The notes beneath the pieces are model-generated. The model worked only from the letters and a program-made list of their open reading frames with translations. It was not told the DNA's origin and searched no databases. 64,000 nucleotides of DNA from Trichoplax adhaerens (Eukaryota > Animalia > Placozoa), in NCBI RefSeq assembly GCF_000150275.1, contig NW_002060945.1, forward strand, positions 4,575,397 to 4,639,396, written 5' to 3'. Made by a program: the position numbers and the translations under genes. Positions 13,501 through 26,212 of this stretch are shown in pieces. How positions within the stretch are numbered: the first letter of the stretch is position 1; each line of letters starts with the position of its first letter.

Positions 13501-15240
13501 AGAAATTAAGTCAACATCTGTGGGGAACATAGCGGTGGCTGTTGGGCTTAAGCAGGTCATTTTAATCACCTTTCAACATGTGTATTATAATTGAGATATT
13601 GAATTATCATAGGCATGGATTCTTTTAATACGTTCGGTATCATCAATATTTTAAACAGACTGCAACAGGTGATATTCTTGTATCATCTGCATCTGCTGCC
13701 GCAACTACCTTAAAGAAAGCTGAATCTAAAGAAGATAGTGCAATTATACCTAGTATAAAAATTCCGGAACCGGTATTTTTCTGTACTATTGAACCACATA
13801 CATCTGCTGAGCAAAAAGGTTAACAAGAGATATACGCATACTATATCTTATGATATGATGTTACAATAGTAGCTTTCAATAGAGTTTTTGATATAAAATT
13901 ATTTATACTTGTATTTTTAGCTTTGGATCATGCCTTATCGTGCTTACAACTAGAAGATCCCAGTTTGAAGGTTACTGTAAATGAAGATACTGGACAGGTA
14001 GATTAGATAATGAAATTTAGATATTTTTATATGAAAGTGATATCGACTTTCGTTTACCGTAGACAGTTTTATCGGGAATGGGAGAACTCCATCTAGAAAT
14101 AATCGGAATTCGAATCAAGGAAGAATTTAACGTAAATGTAGATTTAGGTCCTTTACAAGTATCGTACCGAGAAAAAATTACATCTAATCTAACGGAACAG
14201 TGTAAGGCATAATGAAGTATATTTTAATTCACCTTCTTTATGCCAAAACATTTCATATATACTAAAACTTTATATGCCATTTATGTTGTAGCGAAATTAG
14301 ATCGAATTCTAAATGGCAAACGTCATACAGCAGCTGTTACGTTAGCTGTTGAATCACTAACTGAAGCAGAGCCTGTTATATGTACACGTGGGAGTAATTT
14401 ACAGTTAAGCGATGAGTACTTTGAATCAATAAGAAACTCAATTATTGCTACATCGTCTCATGGTAATATTTGGAATACATTGTATACTTAAGTAAATTTT
14501 GTATTTGTAATTGACATTTTGGTTTTAAATATTAAAACTGAATTTGCTCACTATATAGGCCCTATTCTAAGCTTCCCTGTTATCGGAATCAAGGTCTCAG
14601 TAATAAATTGTGAAATACAAGTCGGAACGTTACCTTCTATTATAGCTGCTTGCGCATCTAATTGTTTGCAGCAGGTACAAATTTCTGTCTCATATGTGAT
14701 ATCAGTATTCTGTATTAAAGTTGCAACGACTCCTTTAATTGTAAGATTTTTTATCACTTAGATTTTCAGTAAGAGTGTCTGTCGTTTACTAGAACCAGTA
14801 ATGAAGATTGAAGTAAGTGGAAATATCGATAATAATTTAGATTTTGTAATCACAGTAAGCTAATGACTGTTTCATAACCACTTAGGTTCAATGTTTTGAT
14901 AAAGATCTGCAAAGTGTCTTAGCCGATTTGTCTAAGAATCGTAGAGCAAACATTAACGAAGTGAATAATAAAGATGAAATAAGAACAATCTTAGCGGAAG
15001 CACCTCTTGAAACTCTAGTTGTGAGTATTAGCGACGTCATGACACAAGTGAAAGCACAAAAATACCAATATTGATATTATGGCAGAAGCTTATATTACAT
15101 TTTACATGTAATTATAGGGATATGCAACGGCTTTAAGAAGCATGACTTCAGGTACTGGCAGCTTCACTACGGAATATTCAAAATATTCGTTAGTACCGTC
15201 ACAACAACAAGAGCTTTTACTGTCAAAAAGGAGATATTAG
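10571..15240 (+). CDS. GFM2: Mitochondrial elongation factor G2 / ribosome-releasing factor 2 (multi-exon)
   Basis: Spliced N-terminus [11 protein letters not shown]|[18 protein letters not shown]|GSKK is presequence-like. Then [74 protein letters not shown]. The [14 protein letters not shown]-type region fits EF-G2mt rather than EF-G1mt. Confidence 0.93.
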
Positions 15241-15696
15241 ACAAATTTGTCAAAAGTATTTATCATAACTCAGGATAAACCTGACTGTAAATATTGGCTC
15301 ATTGTCATAAACCGTAAAATAAAAAAATAATTCATAGCTGCTGCAATGAAGGATACAGGTTTACTACTGAAAACTCGTTAAGATTTAGAATCAATTAAAG
15401 AGGCCATTGAAATCTCGTAAAAGTTTTTCTTGAATTTTATTTAATGTTTAATGTCAAAAGTCAGAAAAGCACTGATGAACGAATTTCTGAAGTATAAGAG
15501 TGCATCAGTTAATTGGATAGATTCTATACTTAACTAGGCACAAATTATGATGTTATCCAAAGTATATGTAATTTCATAATTTGAATTCTGTGTCAGTAAC
15601 AACTAATTCTATAATGGACATTTTAAGTGTGCACTAGCTGGCTGAATGCTTTAGTACAATAGTAATAAAGTTATTACGAAAACAATGCATATTACA

Positions 15697-17663
15697 CTAT
15701 TGAGCAGTCACTTCCGATAGTAATTTTTTAGCAACTTCGTATTCTTCACAACTGGCTAGGTTTGATTCGTTTTCCTTATGAAAGAAGGAAATATAGAAAA
15801 ATGATTATTTATGACTTAAATCGCGAATATCTTCTATCGATACAAAAAAAATTACAAAATAGAACAATGCGCGATACTATAGCGATTATTGTATAGCTTA
15901 ATAATAAATAAATAATACTGGCATGAGAACATGTTTAATTAGTACAGTATATAAATGGTAAAAAGTAAAGGTCGCTATAATTACCAGCAGTCTTTGTAAG
16001 TCAGCAATAGCAGCTTTGATTCGCTTCTGGCAATCAGGAATTATATTTTCGGATTCTTGCAATACCTCAATCTATTTTGGATGTATAATTATCATAAAAT
16101 TATATTAAAACCGATAACCTCTTCAATGATTATGATAGCAAACTATCCAATTTATATATTAGACTGGTGTTATGTATAAGTGTTTGTACAAATGTTTATT
16201 GTTAAACTTACATGGATAACTTATTAAGTATAGGTTAAAGCTTTTAATTGATTGATCACATAGACATTTAAATTTTTAATTTAGCTGTTTCGTAGTGTGC
16301 AACTAGCAGGGCAATACTATAGAACTGTATCCGGTCTAGCACTACAGCACTACACTCATTGTGACGTAATGTACCCGAGCATTTTATAATTAGCTACTTT
16401 AAGAAGATATCAAGACATCATTTTTAAGTTTTGACTGATCCAGAATCGTACATATAAGTTGTGGTCAAAAGCCGAATTTGGCCAATCCTAGGATTGACTA
16501 CAGTATCACATTGCTAGCGAATCCAATCGAGCTTCTAGGAATATATTCGCATATCTACAATTTTAAAGTGCTATACAATTATAACCTGTTTTTTGATCAC
16601 ATATTCATCTTCATTATTGGCTTTCAACTTATCAATCCTTGCTTGCTGATCAATCACTTCTTTCTCATACATTGCTTTTTCTTTTACTAACCTAAATAGT
16701 AACATATTCTTTTTAACGGAATAATTTTATATGTCCCATTAACTTTGCGAGTGACACCTTTCTCTATTTGAAAATAAACAACTGCTTTATTTTAGTTATA
16801 GTGCCAAAATTTTCAATTCGATCTACGAATATCTATGTTATTATTTCCATTTAAGACTGTAGTACGGTTTGTATCCAAAATTTCATAGCATACAGTATGC
16901 GTAGTCATATTATAATCATCTTTTAAGTAATTTTAGTTTCTCCTCTGTTTACAAATCGATTTCACTTTAATACGCGTATGATTGCTTCAAGATGTTGTGA
17001 TGCATTCGGAGAATATATCTAAGGTACGATGGGCATCGAACATGGTGAGATATCGATGAGTCTACACTGACTTAGTATTGTAAAATTTGAACTCTGCAAG
17101 ATTGTAAGTTGACTAGATTTGGTGTATAACATAGATTAGTGTATTTGAAAGTCCCAAGGCGTTGAAGCTTGCTTTAAATGGTTGTTTAACGTATGTAGAT
17201 GTCGACATAGAGTATTAAGAAGTGTATAGCTATATTACCACCTTTCAAGCTTTCCTTTTGCCTTTCAACTGCATGCATTAGATACAGTATAATGTTAGAT
17301 ATATATAAAATGAATACAGTAGAAATAATGGATGCTAATATTCTCCAGTAAATCTTTTGCAAGCTAGCTAGAGCAATTTGCTAGCTGCCTAAGAGAAACT
17401 TTATGTCCAGGATTCCTTATACATAGTACTACATATACAGTTATGAATGAGTTAATACATTGCGGTACTATAAAGTACAACTTGTTTTGTCGCTAATCAT
17501 AGCAATGTATCGTAAGAATCAAATTCCTAATATCAAATTAAATTGTTAAGAGATTGATAGTAAACATTTCCATCAAAATTATGCAATCTATCTACAGTCT
17601 CTACCTTCTTACTACGCCAGTTTTAATCTTTAACTGTCTCAAACTTGCAGCATTATCAGCCAT
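15697..17663 (-). CDS. TBCA: Tubulin-specific chaperone A (4 exons: 17605-17663, 16586-16691, ~15985-16071, 15697-~15774)
   Basis: MADNAASLRQLKIKTGVVRRLVKEKAMYEKE...YVIKKQIEVLQESENIIPDCQKR...EEYEVAK; all junctions GT-AG and in frame. Confidence 0.96.
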
Positions 17664-17842
17664 TTTCCCTTCTTGATGTAACGTACTGTATATTACGATA
17701 CTGTATTTGAAATTTCGAAAGCTGTCACTACGGTGTGCACTGTTGTGGTTCAGTCAGTACTGCCTATGGGTACTTGAAGTTCTCGTCTCGTCTGCCCGCC
17801 CTGAAGGTTAAAAAAGCCGCCACCGTCGTTGATTTGAGACGC

Positions 17843-17944
17843 TTTAATTTTCTCTATAGTAAAAGCTGTTAAAATTGGAATTTCTTATACTGTTCATTGG
17901 AAGAAATTTCAAATTTAACAGCTTTTACTATAGAGAAAATTGAA
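17843..17944. repeat. Near-perfect inverted repeat (44-bp arms, 14-nt spacer); possible MITE/TIR remnant
   Basis: Arms 17843-17886 and 17901-17944 match at 41/44 positions with a 28-bp perfect core AATTTTCTCTATAGTAAAAGCTGTTAAA; a half copy lies at 59935-59968. Confidence 0.9.
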
Positions 17945-18072
17945 GGGGTCTAATTCGATGCACACAGTATACAGTAGACAGGTACAATACTTATTACTGT
18001 AGATCGCATTGTAGTACTGTACTAAGTGCACTGTACACTGTACCGTACAGTACAGATAAAAAGGGAAAACAC

Positions 18073-18197
18073 AACCCGAACCCGATCAAATTGTTAATTT
18101 TCGAGCCCGAAATAAGTGCAATCGTTATACAAACACCGTATCACCACAAATTCTGAACCCTAATCTCGGGTTTCGAGTTGACTTTGTAGGACACTGA
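18073..18197 (-). mobile_element. Dispersed inverted copy of the core of the 26.2-28.0 kb repeat unit (putative non-autonomous DNA element fragment)
   Basis: AACCCGATCAAATTGTTAATTTTCGAGCCCGAAATAAGTGCAATCGTTATACAAACAC aligns to the reverse complement of array units D/E (AACCCGATCCAATTGTTCATTTTCTAAGCCGAAATGAGTGCAATCGCAATGCAAACAC). Confidence 0.7.
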
Positions 18198-19072
18198 ATT
18201 GTAATATCAGAACTACCGAAATGATACTTCATGGTCTGCAGCGTACTGCATACAGGGACTGGAACTACGCGTGATTATCTAGGATAGTACAATGTCCTTA
18301 CAGCATATTACGTATTACAGTTTGTACAGTAAAATATTGATAACTTCAGAGCCATGATATTCTATTATAATTATCACCATGTTTCTGATATACCGGTATT
18401 GTTCATACTATAATTATCGGATTTAGAATGTGGTATATATACTGTAGATAGCTCGCGTAGGTCAGTAAGTAATCATTGTCAAGGCGAAGATAACATTATA
18501 TTCATAGTGAAACAATAAGAAAACGCTTGATACATTCCGGCTTTATTACTGTAGCAGACACGCAATATTGGTGCTTAATCTTCAAAGTTGTTAATTTATA
18601 TCTAACCAATATTAACTAGATAATTACAAGCTTTAGTGTATGAGTAAATCACAAACGATAGCTGATCATTACGTTCGTGCTATAACACTGATAATGCAAA
18701 TTTACTTTAACAATACATAAATTAGAAAACTGAAACGTAATGATAGTGGCAACGGGTTATGATGGCATTAGCTTTGGAAAGATTTCATCGTTTTACTATT
18801 ACCAATGTTAACATGAAATTGATCATCTTTACATCTGTTCCATAAATCTTAATCTTAAATACCATCGTAGTTTGATCAACATCTGTTCAACCAAAACTAT
18901 CATCAAATTGCGTTACTTTTAGCATTACAGGTAATTTTACTTGATACCATATATATACTTTCATAAACCTAGAAAATATTATTGCTAGGACCTCAGGTGT
19001 GGTTGAGTCGTAATTCGTCACGTGATTTGCGGTAAAGTATTAAAGTGATAATGGTGTGGTTGTGATATGCAA

Positions 19073-22000
19073 TTACCGTAGGAGCTGTTCAATAGCAGCG
19101 TTAATATCGCCGCCGGTTGCTGAAAGAACTGTAAAATTAAATTATCATTTCTTAGGATCTTAGTAGCCAATAAAGCAAAAGTAACTTTTCATTACAATAC
19201 TACGACAGGTCTGACCTTGTAGATTTCTCGCTTGGTCTACAAATCCCATCGCATTTAATTGTTCCAGTTGCGTTCTGAACCGAACTTCGGGTTGTAGGTT
19301 AGACTAAAAACATCGAACGCATACATGTAAGCAATACTGGAAGTCAGTAACAACCGGTAATATTAGAATTAACCTGTTGCTGCTGATTATTTGCAGTCAT
19401 TGCTTGCATCATTTGGGACATTAATTGATTAAATTGTTCTTGTTGTTGGGGCGAAGTGCTACTGGTAGTAGTGGTGGTAGCTAGACAAACATAGCAATTA
19501 ACATTACTTTTTCATGAATGCAATTGTTTCGCAAAATTACTAAATATGAAAAGGTGTAAGAAATTTACTTGATCCAGTGCCACTACTAGTTGTAGTATTA
19601 GTACCAGTTGTAGTTGATGTGGTGGAGCCAGGCGTATTACTAACATTGTTACGAGCAGGATTAGTATAATACAATAAAAAATACTTTCAAACAAAAGATC
19701 GTCTTATTCAAGCTTATATAAACGCTATTCGACATATCCTGGTGGTTAACCTACCCCGTAGAAGGTACTGCATGAGAAAGTTGTTGAAATCCTTGCTGTA
19801 TTTGGAGCATAGCCTGTACCGCTTGGGGATTTGATATGATTTGTTGCATTTGAGGGTTTTGCATCTAAGATTGTTAAGAATAAAATAAAATAAACCTTTA
19901 TATTGCAGTCGCTGCTGCAAAAAATATTGTATAATCTGGTAAATTGATATAATGTACTTGTCGTAAGATATTCGGCATATTTTCGCGAATCTACGTAGAA
20001 TAAATATATGAAAATTATGAATTCATTACGTCATTAGTATTTATGCAAAGGCTTCGTATTACCTGTTCTGATAGTTGTGGGTCGTTATTGAATAGCGGAT
20101 TATTCGCGAGCATCTTTGAGGAAAGCATTTTTTTAAGTATTGATTAACATATAAGATAATATATAATTTACGATACGCAATTAATGTAACTTTTACCTGT
20201 TGCATAAGCTGTGGGTTGTTCATCATTTGCGTCATCATATTTTGAACGAAAGGAGACTACGATTTGCATGTTTGAATAGGTTAGTTTATCGTCACTTGGG
20301 CATATATGGAAAGAATTTACCTGTAATGTATCCTGCATTAGTTGTGGATTTTCTCTAAGTTGCTGCAGCATACTTTGCATACCGGGAGACTATGAAAGTA
20401 GGGCAAAAAAATAGCGACATATTCAAATTTATTATAACCTATAAGATTAAGTTGTTAATCGATGCCTATTTATACAAACTATCATTGCAACATACCTGAA
20501 ACATTCCAGTAGACGTTGATCCAGGAGCAGTTGATCTATTCTCCCAAGGATTAGGAACAGGAGAAGTGCCAGCAGGTGTACTACTAGGTGAACTACTGGG
20601 TTGTTGAGATTGCGGTTGGGTCTGTGTTCCCGCACCTGATTTTGTGAAAAGAAAAGCTTTGAAAACTCAAGAAATTATCCATTTTTAATGTTATTAATGC
20701 ACAATGAATATAGTTGTAAACCTCCGAGAAGAGAGCTAAATGGGTTTGATCCTGGATTTGTATAGGAAGATCGCATCTACAGGAATTCAGAGATCATCAG
20801 TAATATTGTATATGGAACAATCTAAAATCTCGTTTGGCTAACTTGTTCGTTCATTTCTTGTGCCGCGTTCATCATGGGCTCTTGGATATCAGAGTACATA
20901 CGTCTTAGAGCATTAAAGCCTCCAGGTATACTCTTTTGTATATAGTATTACGCCAAATATGAAATAAAATGTCCACTTTAGTGATTAGGTAATCGTGTAC
21001 ACTTGTAGATTAGAAATTATAATAGTATTTACCTCCAAATTACTCATAGCTCTATCTTGACTACGCATCATTTCTTGTAACATTGATGGATTTCGGGCCA
21101 TTTCTAGTGCCTACAGTATTATTATTGTTCAGTTAGTGAAGCAGCTATCATTTCATATGTTCTTTAAGATGCAATTATTGTACTGCTAACTAAAAAGCTA
21201 AGTAAACTGTTAAATACCTGACGCATCATTTCTGGATTGTTTAGCATATGCGAAAGCTCCGGATTCCTTTCCATTAATTGTTGCATTTGAGGGTTGCTGC
21301 CAATGAGTTGTTGCATAAGGTCAGGGTTATTCAACATACTCTGAAGTAAGCCAAGATAGAAAGTTAACAAATATTGTAGAGAAGCGTTATTACACCATTT
21401 ACTACTGAAGAAGAATAACTGCCAAACCTGAACCATTGGATTGTCCATCATTTGACGAAGCATATCCGGGTTACTTGTCAACTATAATGTTCAGAACAGA
21501 ATGTTACAATTCAGAATAAGAGATAATTATCATTCAATTTAACATTAATTATTATTCTAGTAAGAAAGTGTTAAGGATGGCTCCATATGCTTTTAAGTAC
21601 TTTCATATAAAAACGACTACATAACACTAAATTTTTAACCTGCTGTTGCATATATTGATGCATATTTTGAAAGGTTGCTATAAGATAATAGAAATTAATA
21701 TTTATGAGTCGCAGTTTATTAACTCATGGAGGAGGGTTGAAAAAATGACATATACTTACAAGGATCAATACCAAAATTTACTGGAAATTGCTGTTGAGTG
21801 CCTTCACTCTGCTGTTGCATGGGAGGAGTGTTTTGCTACAATAAAATTTAGCACATGTTGCTAAGACCGTACACGCGTAAATATCAACTTTCGATCCCAT
21901 TAATTTAACAGTTGAGAATCGATCGAATTCACATGTTCAAATTACAAGCATGAGGGTAATATACTCGTATTAATATTAAGGCAGTTAAAAATATCCGTGA

Positions 22001-25000
22001 AAAACTCATGACATACAAAATCATCTCTACGAAAGGACTCTAATACCGTAATTGTTCTTACTCGAGAGATCGATAAAATTTTATCCCTGATTCGAGTGGC
22101 AAACTATATTCATTGTAAATCACGACGTTTAAAACTCGAACTATAATTATAACACTTGTTAGTTATTGTATTCATATATTTATAACTAGGCTAGAAATGA
22201 TATCAATTACTCTGAATTGACCGGGTATTAAACCATCTATTGAATGTATAGTAACCCTATAGAACCTTTAAACAAAAGCGTAACAGATACATTGGTATAC
22301 GGTATTTAAACATTTAGATATGATTCTCGAAGTGAGAAGTACAATCAGACGACAGTAGGTTTAATATTTGTAAAAAAGTATAGTAGTGAGGATGAAATTC
22401 TCGATAACGATTAAAGTAATAGTTGATTGAGGGTAAGAATAGGCATTCAAAGACTGTGGTCGAGATCTTTTAACCGCTAAGTAGTATGGCAAATTGCACT
22501 TTTGCGTAGTACATTTCTAAAGCATCGAGAATATGCGATGTGATTGCTACAAGTAAAGAATTTACGAAGGGAATCATATTTGCAGTATCACTGATTTATC
22601 GATCGATACGTAAAACTAAATTTCGTATTTGCATACAGTGTTAGGTTTAAGTTATAACTGGCAAGTGTATTGCCGAAACGAAAACAAAATTGAAATTTTT
22701 GGAGAAATGCTCCAATAATTTATATGTTATACTATTAGATTATCATTTTAGACATCGTTGTATTCCTGCCCCATGATAGTCAAAAAAATTGCTTAATTAA
22801 ATAGCATATTTAAAATTAGCTATCAAGGAAGACTTCTATCTAGTAAGTGACCGTTATACAAGATCATCCATACAGCAATACTCGACCCTTCAAGTGAATA
22901 TATACTGTACAGTAGTACACACTACATGAGGGACAATATGGTCAATTTACGGATGACGCTATAAAATGCATGCTCTATAATGACTCATAATGACACATAT
23001 GGACAAACCTACCGTGGTAGTACCGGTGGTTTCACTCGGCGTTGCTGTTTGGGCCTACATAAAGTTGTATTTTCATATTTAATTAATTAATAAAAAATAC
23101 AGGAACCAAAAACTGCAATGATAATTATATTGCAAAAGTTTACCTTCGTGCCGGACTTGATGACCAAATGAACAGCTAAACCATCCTTGATAGCTAAATG
23201 TTCAGATAGAGTAGAAGGTTACAATGGGAACTTTATAGTAAATTTTAAAAGGGGACTATAAATCTTAATACACTGTACAGAATATACGGCATGACGCAAG
23301 TAGAATTGTTATCTTGTATGCCAAAGTGTAATAACTTTGCGACATCTTTGATGGTGATTGTTCAAGTATTAAACTATAAAGTGAGGTGAAGATGTAAGCT
23401 AATGCTCTTAGGCTTACTCTAGAACGTTAATTTCATATTTTGCTATTGCACATTGTTGACATACGTATACAACAAGTATTATACTGTCAATAGCGAAGGA
23501 TACAATGCACTGTATATGTAAATCCAGCGCGTGTTACTAGTTGTAGTTCAAGACCATTATCATTTTATAATTTTGGATATGTTATCTTATATTTACTGTT
23601 CATTATCCAATTTGGAATACGTACATGTAAGTACATTAATCACTGTATTTGTACTTTATCCTATCAGTACGTTTTAGCGATGAATCAATGTGAGCGCTTT
23701 GGTGAGAATGGATAGTCGATTTACAAGTAGATTAAGCGAGGAATAACATGGCTTTCCTAAGCGAATACAGTACAGTACAGTACTGTAATGCCATGGTATC
23801 GTTATAGGGCTTCCTACTAACTATAAGCGCATTGTTGTTATATAGAGTACAGGCGATTGTTACTATCTTTAAACATACATACAAGGGCTTAAGTTTTGTA
23901 GCTAAATCTTTTATGCATACAGCACTCGCCATACGACGAATGAAGAGATTTAAAAATGTTGCCCTAGTAGTACATTGATGGAATTCTACTCATATGCTAG
24001 TTTCATAAATGCGAGCCAGTCATTTATTCGTTACTCATTAATTAACTAACGGCAATCATCTAGAATTTGTAATTCAATAACTCATAAGATTGAAAAATAT
24101 GGTTGCAATAAAGCCGAGATCTGGATCAATCAGGAAACAATGCACAACTGCGCTGTCTATAACAGGAAAAATTGAAGATTTTAATATAACTTATTTGCTA
24201 ACGATCAGACTTACAATGTTGGGATAGAGTTTCGGAGTCTTTAAGGATGCGCCCAGCAAAAATCAAGCATAGCTGGTCGACAGGAGCGCCAAATTGTAAA
24301 GAGACCGCTTCCTTAAACTGAAAATTAACTTAAGCTTCAATAGAGCAATTATAAATTTTATGTTTCTCTAGCAATACTCGAGTAACAATTGGTTTCAATG
24401 ATACTAACTCGAATAATGAAAATAACGTATACAAAAACAGATTATTTATCTTTGCAGTGAACTACTTATTATGTTATTATTATTGAAGATACTATATGAA
24501 AAGTACAATCCAAGCCAAATATGTATGTCAGACAGGTTTAATTTGTTACTACTCGTATTGCAGATGGCTTGTAGTAAAGTGTTAACACCAATGCTAATTC
24601 ATATACAGTATAGTCGATGCTTCTTGTATTAAAATATTGTTACTAGTTCGACATTCTACTCGATCGATGATCATTTTTTTATTGTACAATACTAATTCAT
24701 ATACAGTACAGTCGATGCTTCTTGTATTAAAATATTGTTACTAGTTCGACATTCTACTCGATCGATGATCATTCTTTTATTGTACGAGTCAACGTGTACT
24801 TTAGAGTTTAGACTGCGTACATCATGCTGCGTGAATGCATATGATATGGACGGTAATGGGAGATGGTGTAGAAATAAGGGTAGTTATCGTGACGAAAAAT
24901 AGAATGCATTTGTCGTATAAACGATAGCATTGATTTCATCAATCAAGCAATAAGGCTGGCTGGACTGGTGCATTTGTCTCCACCATTGACTAAAAATTTT

Positions 25001-25587
25001 TCTCCTCGACAAGGCAGTTTCACTCTTGACTTAGAGCGTACTGTATTGTGGTATACATAGAGACGTAATGTTTGGGTCATTCACCGTGAAGTAGATCGTA
25101 CTGTAATCTAATTAACTCTATACAGTAGGCAGTAGAAGCACTAAATCAGGTCAACTAGCTGCAATGAAAAAAAATAGTGATTTCAGCAAACGCTTTCTAA
25201 TCGTATAATATTGCAATTATCCCATTGAATGCAGTATTGAGTCATCAAAGTATACCTCTAAAATCAGTCAAAGTTACTACACTATCAAGTGACTCTATAT
25301 ACCAAAGCGTCTCAAGATAAAATATCGATTTGCCTGCCCATAGTAAAGTGATGGTATGGGCAAGTTCTCTCAAGACAAGAAGGTGAAGAAATTATCCTTC
25401 GCTTTCTACTCAACTCGTCATGTTTCATCGTCTATCGTATTGGCTATAATTTTTCAACTGAATTCTCATTTCAAATAATTCATCTACTTACCTCTAAAAT
25501 GGTAGCATTCTCATGAATTGATATAGTTTGTTTCTCTTTAGGAGTTTTAACAATAACATCCAATATTTTATTGCCTTGCGAGGACAT
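19073..25587 (-). CDS. UBQLN: Ubiquilin (UBL-STI1-UBA), multi-exon
   Basis: [48 protein letters not shown]-rich STI1 repeats, [56 protein letters not shown]. Confidence 0.96.
24594..24786. repeat. Intronic tandem duplication, 2 x 98 bp
   Basis: CTAATTCATATACAGTA...GATCGATGATCATT...ATTGTAC starts at 24594 and 24692 with only a few substitutions. Confidence 0.95.
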
Positions 25588-26212
25588 GTTGGATCTGTAC
25601 AATAATGCGGTTGAAAGCAGCAAATTGTACAGTACTCATACCATTATATACTGTACAGTGTACAGTATATAAGCGATTTCTCATTTCTTTAATTAGCAAC
25701 ATCTTTGGCGTCAGATTTTGGATTCTGACATCTGCGCAGTGCATTGTACTATACATACGTGGTACTGTAAAAAGGGATATATATATATTACGTCAGACTT
25801 TGATGACTGTGGTCCAAGAGTTTTTCTTTTGCCTCGAGTATGTGTAGTAATACTCAATACAGTACCCTACCACTCCAGTACTATATACTGTAATCGACAG
25901 TGCTGTATTGTAGTCGATGTACTGTACACTGTACAGTAGTGTCGTGTCAACGTGGAACTCAGTGCTCAACACAGTGAAACACGACAATCTATTTATCATG
26001 ACTCATGACATCGCCAGTCCCTATACGTTACCACTAGTTTTGCTTCGTCATTGATATTAATCTTTACTGTTCAGCCGCGCAAAGTGCATGGTACCGTCAA
26101 CCGCGACACCCGGGATCGGAACGCTGAGTGGACAATACTGGACGTTCGACAGTCCACCTCATTTCATCAGAAATGACTACACCCATTGTACTCATGACTA
26201 TATTTAGTCATT

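Noticed and set aside
16283-16375. H/ACA-like hairpin ending in ACA on the minus strand in TBCA intron 2
   Set aside because: No convincing 5' hairpin and no recognisable rRNA/snRNA target for the pocket.
21570-21577. U12 branch-point match TCCTTAAC in a UBQLN intron
   Set aside because: About 90 nt from the used acceptor, and the donor (gttaaa) is U2-type.
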